59,243 nt of DNA from Minisyncoccota bacterium. Lineage in GTDB: Bacteria; Patescibacteriota; Minisyncoccia; UBA6257; 1-14-0-10-40-38. The DNA lies in NCBI GenBank assembly GCA_009694925.1, contig SIBX01000001.1, positions 1 through 59,243 of the forward strand, written 5' to 3'. A program made the translations under genes and the position numbers. This document shows positions 51,144-59,152 of this stretch, piece by piece (the first letter of the stretch is position 1; the number at the start of each line of letters is the position of its first letter). The notes beneath the pieces are model-generated. The model had not been told where the DNA came from, made no database searches, and saw only the letters and a program-made list of their open reading frames with translations.

Positions 51144-52943
51144 TTATTTAAAGGATTCTTTTTGGGTATTAAAAAGATTTTTATAAATTCCATTTTTAAT
51201 TTTCATAAGATCCGCATGACTTCCCAATTCTTTAGCCTCCCCTTCCTCTATAATCATAATTCTATCGGCATTTTTTACCGTATTAAACCTATGCGAAATT
51301 AAAATTACAGTTTTATCGTCTGGTAAATTTTCTAAATTTTCAAATATTTCCATTTCAGCAACTGCATCAATTGAAGCAGTTGGTTCGTCGAGTATCCATA
51401 TTTCAGGATTTTTATAAAAAATTCTAGCCAAGGCAATTTTCTGCCATTGACCCATAGATGGCTCTTCCCCTCCCTCAAACTCTCTTCCCAAATAAGTGTC
51501 ATAGCCATTTTTATAGCTCATTATAAATTCATGTGCGCCAGACTTTTTAGCCGAAGCAATAACATTTTCCATGTTAAATGGAATATTGGTGTTGCCAATT
51601 GCAATTACGTCCTTTATTTTCATCCTATATCTGGCATATTCTTGAGATAAGTATCCTACTTTAGAATAATAACTATTAAGCTCGAGATTTTTTATATTAT
51701 TATTCCCTATTAATATTTCTCCCTTAGTTCCGTCATAAAATCTTAAAATTAATTTAGTTAAAGTTGTTTTACCTGCGCCATTAACTCCCACAATTGCAAT
51801 CTTTTCTCCTTTTTTAATCTTAAAATTTAAATTCTTTAAAATCATTTTATCACTATCTGGATAAGAAAATGAAACATTTTTAAATTCTATCTCTGAAGCG
51901 CCGGTCGTCAATTCATCCACGCCATTTTTCATTTCTTTTTTAGTGTTTAAAAATATAAAAATATCCTCCATGAAATTAGCATCCGCGTTTAATCTTGCCA
52001 ATCCTCTAAAAAATTCTGTTAAATCATTCTTTAGATCTGTCGTCCTTCCTAAAATAAAGATAAAGGTTCCAATAAGTAATGTTTTACCAACCACGTCATC
52101 CATTAAATAAAAGATTACAATTGCATTAGCAATATAAACTATTGTAGTTGAGAAAAATTTAGATTTAGTTCTAATTTCTTCTGTTTTCAAAAAATCATCA
52201 TCGAAAGCAGATAAAAAGAACTGCATAATAGACTTCAAAAAATCTTTTGTTTTGAAGATTTTTTGCTCTATAAGCGATGGAAGATGATTAAAATGTCTTC
52301 TGGCTTCAAAATATTTTCGTCTTATTTCAGTTTTTGCATCCCAAATACTCCATTTTTGTTTTCCATATTTTATTTCAACATAAAGATCTGGAAGAAGAGA
52401 GGTTAAAAGGACAATAGCTATCCATGGACTATATGAAATTAATATTATAGAGCTGGCCAAGATATCTATTAATCTGCCAAAAGCGAAAAGAATATAATCA
52501 GAAAACCAAGCAATTTTTCCTAGATTTTCATTAACTCTTAAGACTAAATTATTAAAATCAGATTTTTCATAAGTTTGTATATCTAATTCCGCTTTCTTCT
52601 CCACCACTTTCAAATCCATATATTGTCCAAAAAATATAAAGAATTTAGAAAAAAGGTGGGCTTGCCAGACTCTCGCCAAATTCACTAAAAGAGGTAGTCC
52701 AATATAAAGAGACACTATTAAAATTAATTCTTTATCAAAAATTGAAGAGAATCCCCCAACCTGTATTTTGTTAATAAAAACAGCCGAATACCAGGCAACA
52801 ATAATAGGCAAAACAGACATAAAAATTACCAGCAAAAACTCCCAGATCAAATAAGCTCTGTTGTATTCCCAGATGAATTTTAAAACTTTCCATGCTATTT
52901 TCCGCAAAGATATTTTTCTCTTTTTGACTTCTTTTTCTTCCAT
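51144..52943 (-). CDS. ABC transporter, fused permease/ATPase (MsbA/exporter type)
   Basis: Six-TM N-terminal half, GVNGAGKTT Walker A, the SMGQWQKIALAR signature, and WILDEPT Walker B. Confidence 0.9.
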   Translation of the reverse strand: MEEKEVKKRKISLRKIAWKVLKFIWEYNRAYLIWEFLLVIFMSVLPIIVAWYSAVFINKIQVGGFSSIFDKELILIVSLYIGLPLLVNLARVWQAHLFSKFFIFFGQYMDLKVVEKKAELDIQTYEKSDFNNLVLRVNENLGKIAWFSDYILFAFGRLIDILASSIILISYSPWIAIVLLTSLLPDLYVEIKYGKQKWSIWDAKTEIRRKYFEARRHFNHLPSLIEQKIFKTKDFLKSIMQFFLSAFDDDFLKTEEIRTKSKFFSTTIVYIANAIVIFYLMDDVVGKTLLIGTFIFILGRTTDLKNDLTEFFRGLARLNADANFMEDIFIFLNTKKEMKNGVDELTTGASEIEFKNVSFSYPDSDKMILKNLNFKIKKGEKIAIVGVNGAGKTTLTKLILRFYDGTKGEILIGNNNIKNLELNSYYSKVGYLSQEYARYRMKIKDVIAIGNTNIPFNMENVIASAKKSGAHEFIMSYKNGYDTYLGREFEGGEEPSMGQWQKIALARIFYKNPEIWILDEPTASIDAVAEMEIFENLENLPDDKTVILISHRFNTVKNADRIMIIEEGEAKELGSHADLMKIKNGIYKNLFNTQKESFK

Positions 52944-53000
52944 AAATTAAGAAGAAATTATACGTTTTATTTGAAAAATTAGCAATCCTCGTTCTTTTAA

Positions 53001-53030
53001 CTATGGCCTAGTTTCTATGGCCTATGGCCT
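53001..53030 (+). repeat. four tandem heptamers CTATGGC/CTAGTTT/CTATGGC/CTATGGC followed by a T-run
   Basis: Near-identical to 13860-13889, including the flanking aa...tttttt. Confidence 0.7.
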
Positions 53031-53058
53031 TTTTTATTAGTCACTATATACTTTTCAT

Positions 53059-53826
53059 ATGTTCTACGAATCTCCTGATATTTTTAAAAAAGAAGCCGGC
53101 CATGAAATAGATGGCGCTTGGTATCCTCGGGTCACTAAAATTTTAGAAATAAAATCTAAACCGGCTCTATATCGCTACTACGGAGAAGCCCCTAGTTTTG
53201 CAATTGCAGAAGAAAGAACAAAAAAATCTGCCGAAGAAGGAACTCTAATTCACGAAGTTGTAGAAAAAATATTTGTAGGCGATAAACCAGAAATAATAGA
53301 CTCTATCTCCCCCGCCATTGATGCGGTTAAAGATTTTTTAGCAAAAAATAATTTTCAGGTCGAGTGCGATCATGTTGAAAGAAAAGTTTTAAATAAAGAT
53401 GAGGGATATTCTGGAACGATAGACGCCATGGCTATTATTAATGGCAAATTTGGAGTTTTAGATATTAAAACATCTCAATCTATTTATAGAGACTACAATC
53501 TTCAAACCGCCGCTTATATGGGGCAATTAACTAAAGAATTTAAAAATTTAGAAACTAGATGGATTATGCGTGTTGATCAGCAAAAAAACTGTTTAAAATG
53601 CGGAGCAAGTCTGAGGTCTAAGGGTGGAAATGATAAAATAAAATCTAAAACTTTTAATTCTGAGATTTGCAAAGAAAATAACCACGAATGGTCTCTGCTT
53701 AAAGGTATAGTTGAGCTTAAGGAATTTCCTTTCTGGAAAAGTGACTTTAAGGCATTTTTGGCCGCTAAATATCTTTGGCAATGGGAAAATGAATATATGC
53801 TCAAAAAGATTGGATACCTTAAATAA
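53059..53826 (+). CDS. PD-(D/E)XK nuclease superfamily protein with inserted Cys/His element
   Basis: GTLIHEVVEK, GYSGTIDAMAI..GVLDIKTS (D...D-x-K core), and an inserted CLKCG...C..NNH element. Confidence 0.65.
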   Translation: MFYESPDIFKKEAGHEIDGAWYPRVTKILEIKSKPALYRYYGEAPSFAIAEERTKKSAEEGTLIHEVVEKIFVGDKPEIIDSISPAIDAVKDFLAKNNFQVECDHVERKVLNKDEGYSGTIDAMAIINGKFGVLDIKTSQSIYRDYNLQTAAYMGQLTKEFKNLETRWIMRVDQQKNCLKCGASLRSKGGNDKIKSKTFNSEICKENNHEWSLLKGIVELKEFPFWKSDFKAFLAAKYLWQWENEYMLKKIGYLK

Positions 53827-53904
53827 TAGAATTCAGAATTAAGAATTTAGGTTTTTTTAACCCCATTCTCTCCTAAATTCTGCATTCTATATTCTATCCA
53901 TAAA

Positions 53905-54195
53905 TATTTCTCCCCTCGACAAGCAATGCTTGGAGCGAGGGGGCAAGGAAAGGCTCGGAGACTAGTCGGCGGAAGAGAGACCGCTGTGGGGCGATGGCGG
54001 CGAAACGGGGAATGCCCATACAGAGTTCATCATCCGTCTACCAGTCTCCGAGCACAGAATTTCAAAGAACAGGAGTGGGAGATGAACTTGCGCCATAGCT
54101 AGCCCGTGCCCACGGTAACCATGGCATGCCTACGTGCTTCTCTCATCTCAGGAGGATTCTTTGCGTGCCCACTCGTCTCCCGCTCCTGTTCGTGC
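53905..54195 (+). ncRNA. ORF-less GC-rich structured RNA candidate, about 290 nt (strand tentative)
   Basis: Helices 53912-53918/53936-53942, 53954-53963/54043-54052 (10 bp) and 54067-54082/54176-54191 (16 bp). Three G-T pairs are tolerated only on the plus strand versus one on the minus. No clear promoter or T-run. Confidence 0.4.
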
Positions 54196-54292
54196 TGAAT
54201 TAATAATAGCATATTGATTTTTATAAAAAATAAAAAAAGTGGATAAGTATTATAATAATTATTCCAACTGATATCCTGCGGATAAGTTTATT

Positions 54293-54514
54293 AAAAAAAG
54301 AAACCGTCCGATGATATGCGCGTAGCGCATTCATGGACGGTGGTTCGGTTAAGAATGGGAGGGAGAACTTGCAAAATTGTTTCTCTGTGATTCGGAGCAG
54401 GTTTCCGTGTTGACTACAAACCTTGAGTTGCCTCATGATCTGTGTTCTTTCGGTAATTATGCGCCCTCTCACTAGAGTTATCTCTCGCAATCCCCCCCCC
54501 TCCCAGTATTAGCT
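54293..54514 (-). ncRNA. GC-rich structured RNA candidate, about 220 nt, starting with a GGGAG9 tract
   Basis: Promoter at 54521-54549. Minus-strand terminator accgtcc-(25 nt)-ggacggt followed by ttc, T7 (54293-54341). The G-rich 5' end pairs with ctccctccc (54357-54363/54498-54504). Confidence 0.5.
54492..54500. repeat. C9/G9 homopolymer tract
   Basis: Nine consecutive C on the plus strand, about 14-22 nt downstream of the predicted minus-strand TSS. Confidence 0.9.
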
Positions 54515-54520
54515 GTAGAA

Positions 54521-54549
54521 ATTATAATCCCATTTTTTAAAATATGCAA
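54521..54549 (-). promoter_or_regulatory. near-consensus promoter of the 54293..54514 RNA
   Basis: Minus strand: TTGCAT (54549-54544), 17 nt spacer, TATAAT (54526-54521). Confidence 0.6.
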
Positions 54550-54619
54550 AACAAATTAACCCTCCTTATATTGTAAGAGGTAAGTCAATATGTTAATTTA
54601 TTAAGGTATATTTAAAAAA

Positions 54620-54693
54620 TGGGGAATCGTCTAATGGTAGGACAGAGGCCTTTGAAGCCTTTAATTGGGGTTCGAATCCCTGTTCCCCAGCCA
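54620..54693 (+). tRNA. tRNA-Gln (anticodon TTG), CCA encoded
   Basis: Hand-folded cloverleaf: tggggaa/ttcccca acceptor stem, gtct/ggac D stem, gaggc-cTTTGaa-gcctt anticodon arm, tgggg-ttcgaat-ccctg T arm, and discriminator g plus cca. Confidence 0.93.
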
Positions 54694-54711
54694 AGTTTCA
54701 GAATTCGTTTT

Positions 54712-54876
54712 TTATCTACTGACTTTAAGTCCAAAATAAATTCCAGCTAATCCGCCCAGCGTTGAAAAAATAATAGACGTGAGTGAAAGTAAATCCCCTC
54801 CCCAGATAGCTGGCACAAAACTTCCAATCATAGAGCCAACAACCATCCCAAACATAATAATAGATTTAGAACTCAT
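54712..54876 (-). CDS. small membrane protein (54 aa, Gly-zipper-like)
   Basis: Under 60 aa, so absent from the track. MSSKSIIMFGMVVGSMIGSFVPAIWGGDLLSLTSIIFSTLGGLAGIYFGLKVSR has two hydrophobic helices and host-like composition. Confidence 0.5.
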   Translation of the reverse strand: MSSKSIIMFGMVVGSMIGSFVPAIWGGDLLSLTSIIFSTLGGLAGIYFGLKVSR

Positions 54877-54909
54877 CTTTTTATTATATTCTAATGCTAG
54901 AATTAAGTT

Positions 54910-55161
54910 ATGCCCTATTTCGTCTATATACTAGAGTGCTCTGATAAATCCCTATATACTGGCATAACTAATAATTTAGAAAAAAGAATTAAAAACCATA
55001 ACGAATCTAAAGTAGGAGCAAGGTATACAAAAGCTAGAAGACCGGTAGTTCTAAGATGCTTCGAAAAAGTAAAAACCAAAAGTCTAGCTCTTAAAAGAGA
55101 AATCGAGATCAAGTCTTGGACGAGAGAAAAGAAATTAAACCTAATAAGAAATATTTCTTAA
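54910..55161 (+). CDS. GIY-YIG nuclease superfamily protein (83 aa, stand-alone)
   Basis: YFVYILECSDKSLYTGITNNLEKRIKNHN...ARYTKARRP...LKREIEIK. Confidence 0.8.
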   Translation: MPYFVYILECSDKSLYTGITNNLEKRIKNHNESKVGARYTKARRPVVLRCFEKVKTKSLALKREIEIKSWTREKKLNLIRNIS

Positions 55162-55320
55162 AATTTCACACCTTGACGAAATTGTGATACATTGTTTATA
55201 AATGAGAAAACCAGTTTTTAGGGCATTATTAATACTTATTCTATTTATTATAATGGTAATATTATTTTATCTATTCTCTCTTTCTGTTTTTTTTGATGGC
55301 CTTTTAAAATTATAACCAAT

Positions 55321-55455
55321 ATGGAAGAAGGGCCAATATACCCAATACGCATTAATAAATATTTAGCGCTAAAACAGCACTCAACTCGCCGTGGAGCAGA
55401 TGAGCTTATTTCTCGTATAAATGGCGGTTTTGAATTACTAATTTTTAAAGTTTAA
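55321..55455 (+). pseudogene. truncated duplicate of the S4-domain N-terminus of the 57550..58257 pseudouridine synthase
   Basis: MEEGPIYPIRINKYLALKQHSTRRGADELISR... versus MQDKPLYPMRINKYLALKQYSTRRGADELIST... The promoter-like ttaaaatttc..cttgacgaaa.tgtgataca.tgttt is also duplicated (55158-55197 versus 57507-57547). Confidence 0.6.
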
Positions 55456-55467
55456 ATAATAATATAT

Positions 55468-57501
55468 ATGAAAATTCCACCAACAAAAAAGCAAAATATA
55501 GTAGAAAAAATAAATAACATATCCATAAACGACCAATATCGCTATCTAGAGGATCAAGAAAATCCAGAAGTTAAAGAATGGATCAAAGCTCAAAATGAAT
55601 ATACATATTCTTTCTTAAAAAATAAAAGTTTTGAAATATTTTCTAATGAATTGGCTAAAAATTTTAAAGTAGTAAATTTTGGCAATCCTCATCTTAAAAA
55701 TGGTAGATATTTTTATTCCGAACGCCAGAAGAACGAAGATCAAAGCGTGATCTATTTTAAAAACGGCATAGACGGCGAACCAATAAAACTTATTGATCCA
55801 AACTCTAAAGATTCTAAAAACATTACCACTATAGATTTTTGGGTTGTTTCCAAAAGTGGAAAATATCTTGTCTACGGTCTTTCAAAAGGAGGCACGGAGA
55901 TGGCCACGCTTTATATAAAAAATGTTGACGAAAATAAAAACTTAAAAGAAGAAATTCCAAACTGTAGATATTCCAGCGTTGCCTGGCTTCCAGACGATTC
56001 TGGTTTTTTTTATACGCGGAATCCAAAACCGGGCACCGTGGAAAAATCCGAAGAGCATCTTTATTCAAAAATTCATTTTCATAAATTAGGAGAAAATCCA
56101 GAAAACGATGAGTTGATTTTTGGTAAAGACAGACCTAAAGACGACCTGCTAAGACTAAAAACATCTACTAGTGGTGAATATCTAACAATAGAAGTTTCCA
56201 ATAAATGGACAGAAAACGAAGTTCATCTTTATAATTATAAAACTAAAGAAATTAGAGCATTAATCACCGGAATTCCGGCTAATTTTTATTTGAATTTTCA
56301 TAAAGAAAAGGTATTTCTATATACAAATCATAACGCGAGCAACGGAAAAATTTTAGTCACCAACATTCAAGATATTTTTTCACCGCTAACTAAATGGAAA
56401 AAATTTATTCCGGAAAGAAAATACAACTTAGAATCAATAAGTATGACAAAATCTAAAATCTTAATCGAATATTTAGTTAATGCTTGCTCGAAAGTTGTTT
56501 TGTTTGATTATGAAGGAAAAGAGATTGGAGAGCTTCCATTCCCTAAATATTCCAGTCTAGCTGGAATCTCTTCTAATCGAGACGAAGAAGAATTTTTTTA
56601 TAGCGTTAATTCTTTTACTTTTCCACAAATATCATACAGATATATTCCAAAAGAAAATAAATATGTAGAGTATCGTAAGACAGATAATCCAATAAACCCC
56701 GATGATTATATAGTTAAGCAGGAATGGTGCAAATCGAAAGATGGAACTAAAATTCCAATGTTTATTTTTCATAAGAAAAATTTATCACTCAATGGGAAAA
56801 ACCCGACTATCCTTTATGGTTATGGTGGATTTGGAACATCCGAAGTCCCAGAGTTTTGGAGAACTTATGTTCCATGGGTGGAAAGAGGTGGAATATATGT
56901 AATCGCAAATATAAGGGGTGGTGGAGAATTTGGTCAAAACTGGCACAAAAAAGGCATTAAAGAGAATAAACAAAATAGCTTTGATGATTTTATAGCTTGT
57001 GCAAAATATCTTATAAAAAAGAAATATACCAGTCATGAACATCTAGCCGCTTCTGGCGGAAGTAATGGTGGGCTATTAGTTTCTGCTGTTGCGGTTCAAG
57101 AACCTAAATTATTCGCAGGTGTTCGTTCTGGGGTTCCATTAACCGACATGGTTAGATTTCATAAATTTGGGATAGCTTCTCGTTGGGTTAATGAATATGG
57201 ATCTCCAGAAGTCAAAAAAGACTTAAAAAATATTTTGAAATGGAGTCCGTATCATAATGTAAAAAAGGGCATAGAATATCCATCAATTCTATTTACAACC
57301 GGTATCAATGACACAAGAGTTAATCCCCTTCACGCAAGAAAAATGACTGCAATCCTCCAATCGGTAAATAAGAAAAATAAAATATTTCTTTTAACAGAAA
57401 TGGATTCTGGTCATGGCGCTGGAAAACCAATCAAGAAAATAATTGAAACCCAAGCGATGATCTTATTTTTTTTCGCAGAAACATTAGGTTTAAAAATTTA
57501 A
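55468..57501 (+). CDS. prolyl oligopeptidase (S9A family)
   Basis: N-terminal beta-propeller region (YRYLED...PEVKEWI), YGYGGFG, the GGSNGGLL catalytic Ser motif, and GHGAGKP. Confidence 0.9.
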   Translation: MKIPPTKKQNIVEKINNISINDQYRYLEDQENPEVKEWIKAQNEYTYSFLKNKSFEIFSNELAKNFKVVNFGNPHLKNGRYFYSERQKNEDQSVIYFKNGIDGEPIKLIDPNSKDSKNITTIDFWVVSKSGKYLVYGLSKGGTEMATLYIKNVDENKNLKEEIPNCRYSSVAWLPDDSGFFYTRNPKPGTVEKSEEHLYSKIHFHKLGENPENDELIFGKDRPKDDLLRLKTSTSGEYLTIEVSNKWTENEVHLYNYKTKEIRALITGIPANFYLNFHKEKVFLYTNHNASNGKILVTNIQDIFSPLTKWKKFIPERKYNLESISMTKSKILIEYLVNACSKVVLFDYEGKEIGELPFPKYSSLAGISSNRDEEEFFYSVNSFTFPQISYRYIPKENKYVEYRKTDNPINPDDYIVKQEWCKSKDGTKIPMFIFHKKNLSLNGKNPTILYGYGGFGTSEVPEFWRTYVPWVERGGIYVIANIRGGGEFGQNWHKKGIKENKQNSFDDFIACAKYLIKKKYTSHEHLAASGGSNGGLLVSAVAVQEPKLFAGVRSGVPLTDMVRFHKFGIASRWVNEYGSPEVKKDLKNILKWSPYHNVKKGIEYPSILFTTGINDTRVNPLHARKMTAILQSVNKKNKIFLLTEMDSGHGAGKPIKKIIETQAMILFFFAETLGLKI

Positions 57502-57549
57502 ATTTATTAAAATTTCCCCACTTGACGAAAGTGTGATACAGTGTTTTCT

Positions 57550-58257
57550 ATGCAAGATAAGCCACTATATCCGATGAGGATAAATAAATATCTAGCTTTA
57601 AAACAATACTCAACTCGCAGAGGCGCAGATGAGCTTATTTCGACTAAAAAAGTTTTTATTAATGGCAAATTAGCTGTTTTAGGCGATAAGGTTCAGGAGA
57701 AAGATAAAGTAGAAGTTAAGGGGCATAGCGCCATAAAAAATTATGTTTATTACGCATACAACAAGCCGGTTGGAGTAATCACCCATTCACCCCAAGAAGG
57801 AGAAGATGAAATTAAAGACATATTTCCTATACCTGGAGTTTTTCCAATTGGTAGATTAGATAAAAATTCCAGTGGTTTAATTATTTTAACTAATGACGGC
57901 AGAATCACCGACAAACTTCTAAATCCAGAATATTCCCACGAAAAAGAATATTTAGTTAAAACTAGAGATAAAATTCGCTCTAATTTTAAAGAAAAAATGG
58001 AAGCCGGAGTTGATATTGATGGCTATATAACCAAAAACTGCAAAGTAGATGTTTTAAATGAGAATACTTTCAGAATAACTTTAACCGAAGGTAAAAAACA
58101 TCAAATCAGAAGAATGTGTGTTGCTCTCTTTAATGAAGTTTATGATCTTAGAAGAACTAGAATAATGAACATTCCTCTTGGTCGTCTCTACGCAGGAGAA
58201 TATCGCCCCATAGAAGGTAAAGAACTTTCAATCTTCCTAAAAAGCTTAGGATTTTAA
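57550..58257 (+). CDS. RsuA/RluF-family pseudouridine synthase with S4 domain
   Basis: MRINKYLA...RR.AD.LI (S4 domain), the GRLDKNSSGLIILTNDG catalytic Asp motif, and KKHQIRRM. Confidence 0.88.
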   Translation: MQDKPLYPMRINKYLALKQYSTRRGADELISTKKVFINGKLAVLGDKVQEKDKVEVKGHSAIKNYVYYAYNKPVGVITHSPQEGEDEIKDIFPIPGVFPIGRLDKNSSGLIILTNDGRITDKLLNPEYSHEKEYLVKTRDKIRSNFKEKMEAGVDIDGYITKNCKVDVLNENTFRITLTEGKKHQIRRMCVALFNEVYDLRRTRIMNIPLGRLYAGEYRPIEGKELSIFLKSLGF

Positions 58258-58270
58258 AATGTATAAATTA

Positions 58271-58308
58271 AAAAACACTCGCTCGTCCGTATAGACGAGG
58301 AGTGTTTT
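58271..58308. terminator. bidirectional terminator between the pseudouridine synthase gene and the BtpA-like gene
   Basis: aaaaa-cactc(g)ctcgtc-cgtata-gacgag-gagtg-tttt. Confidence 0.75.
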
Positions 58309-58311
58309 GTG

Positions 58312-59082
58312 TTATCTAGATTTTGTAGGCATCACCCCTACCATCCTGCGAACCAAAACAGGATCAAGCTCTGTATGCGACTTACTAACCCCAGTAGCTA
58401 CAAGAAAAATATCAGCATTAGGAAGATATAGTTGAACATTGTCTGGTGTAATCCCGCTCGCTATCGCTAGTGCGTGATTCCCGATTGCTCCTCTTATTGC
58501 TCGAATCTTTTCCGGATCTGGTGGCGATCCGGTTGCTTCACCGCTCGTAGTAATGACTTCCATGAATGGAATAGCAAGTCTCGCGACGCGAGTCAAATCT
58601 CTCACCGGAGTTTGATGCTTGAAGGCCACGCCTCCAAAAATCAGCGGCAATCCAGGAATTCCTCCTCCCTTAATTGCCATATTAACCCTCGCAATCCTAC
58701 AAGGATCTTCTTCGTCTTCGCGGATGCCACCGTCATCAATCCAAACAGCGAATATTTTGTGCATTACTGCCAATCGAATCGCATCTTCACCCGAAAGATC
58801 TAAGAAGTTAACTCCGATTTCCAATCCTTGTCCCGGTCCCTTAGAGGTTTTAAACTCTTTTCTAACAGCAAAGAAGTGTTGCAGAAGAGTTGCGTATGTC
58901 ATTCCATGACCAATTAGAAAAACACACTTCACCCCAGCATCAAAAGCAATTCCTACATTCCTCATAACCTGCGATCTATTCTCGGCATGAATCACGATGG
59001 CCAACACATGATTAGTGTTGATACCATCTCTTAAACAGAAAGTTGCGCCGGACAAAATCATTCTGGGATCCATTTGGCTCAT
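58312..59082 (-). CDS. BtpA/SgcQ-family TIM-barrel protein
   Basis: VIHAEN, GVNFL, IFGGVAFKH, and ITTSGEATGSPPD...AIASGITPDNV...ADIFLVATGVSK resemble BtpA. AGGAGG lies directly upstream. G+C is visibly higher than in neighbouring genes. Confidence 0.75.
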   Translation of the reverse strand: MSQMDPRMILSGATFCLRDGINTNHVLAIVIHAENRSQVMRNVGIAFDAGVKCVFLIGHGMTYATLLQHFFAVRKEFKTSKGPGQGLEIGVNFLDLSGEDAIRLAVMHKIFAVWIDDGGIREDEEDPCRIARVNMAIKGGGIPGLPLIFGGVAFKHQTPVRDLTRVARLAIPFMEVITTSGEATGSPPDPEKIRAIRGAIGNHALAIASGITPDNVQLYLPNADIFLVATGVSKSHTELDPVLVRRMVGVMPTKSR

Positions 59083-59152
59083 GCCTCCTGTGTTTGTTTT
59101 TTTATTTGTGCTATCTAAAATATATCAACTATTCAAACTAAATCAATAGAAA

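Noticed and set aside
54221-54490. 89-aa minus-strand ORF in island M2 (TTG start after GGAGG).
   Set aside because: It reads straight through the predicted intrinsic terminator and T-run into AT-rich spacer (...FFNKLIRRISVGIIIIILIHFFYFL). The composition change mid-ORF argues that it is fortuitous.
7741-59095. Explaining the GC islands as chimeric metagenome mis-assembly.
   Set aside because: Thirteen or more clean alternations make random chimerism unlikely. Each island sits exactly in an intergenic gap, has host-style AT-rich promoters and terminators, and interrupts no housekeeping gene. It still needs read-level confirmation, so it is listed as a check rather than accepted.
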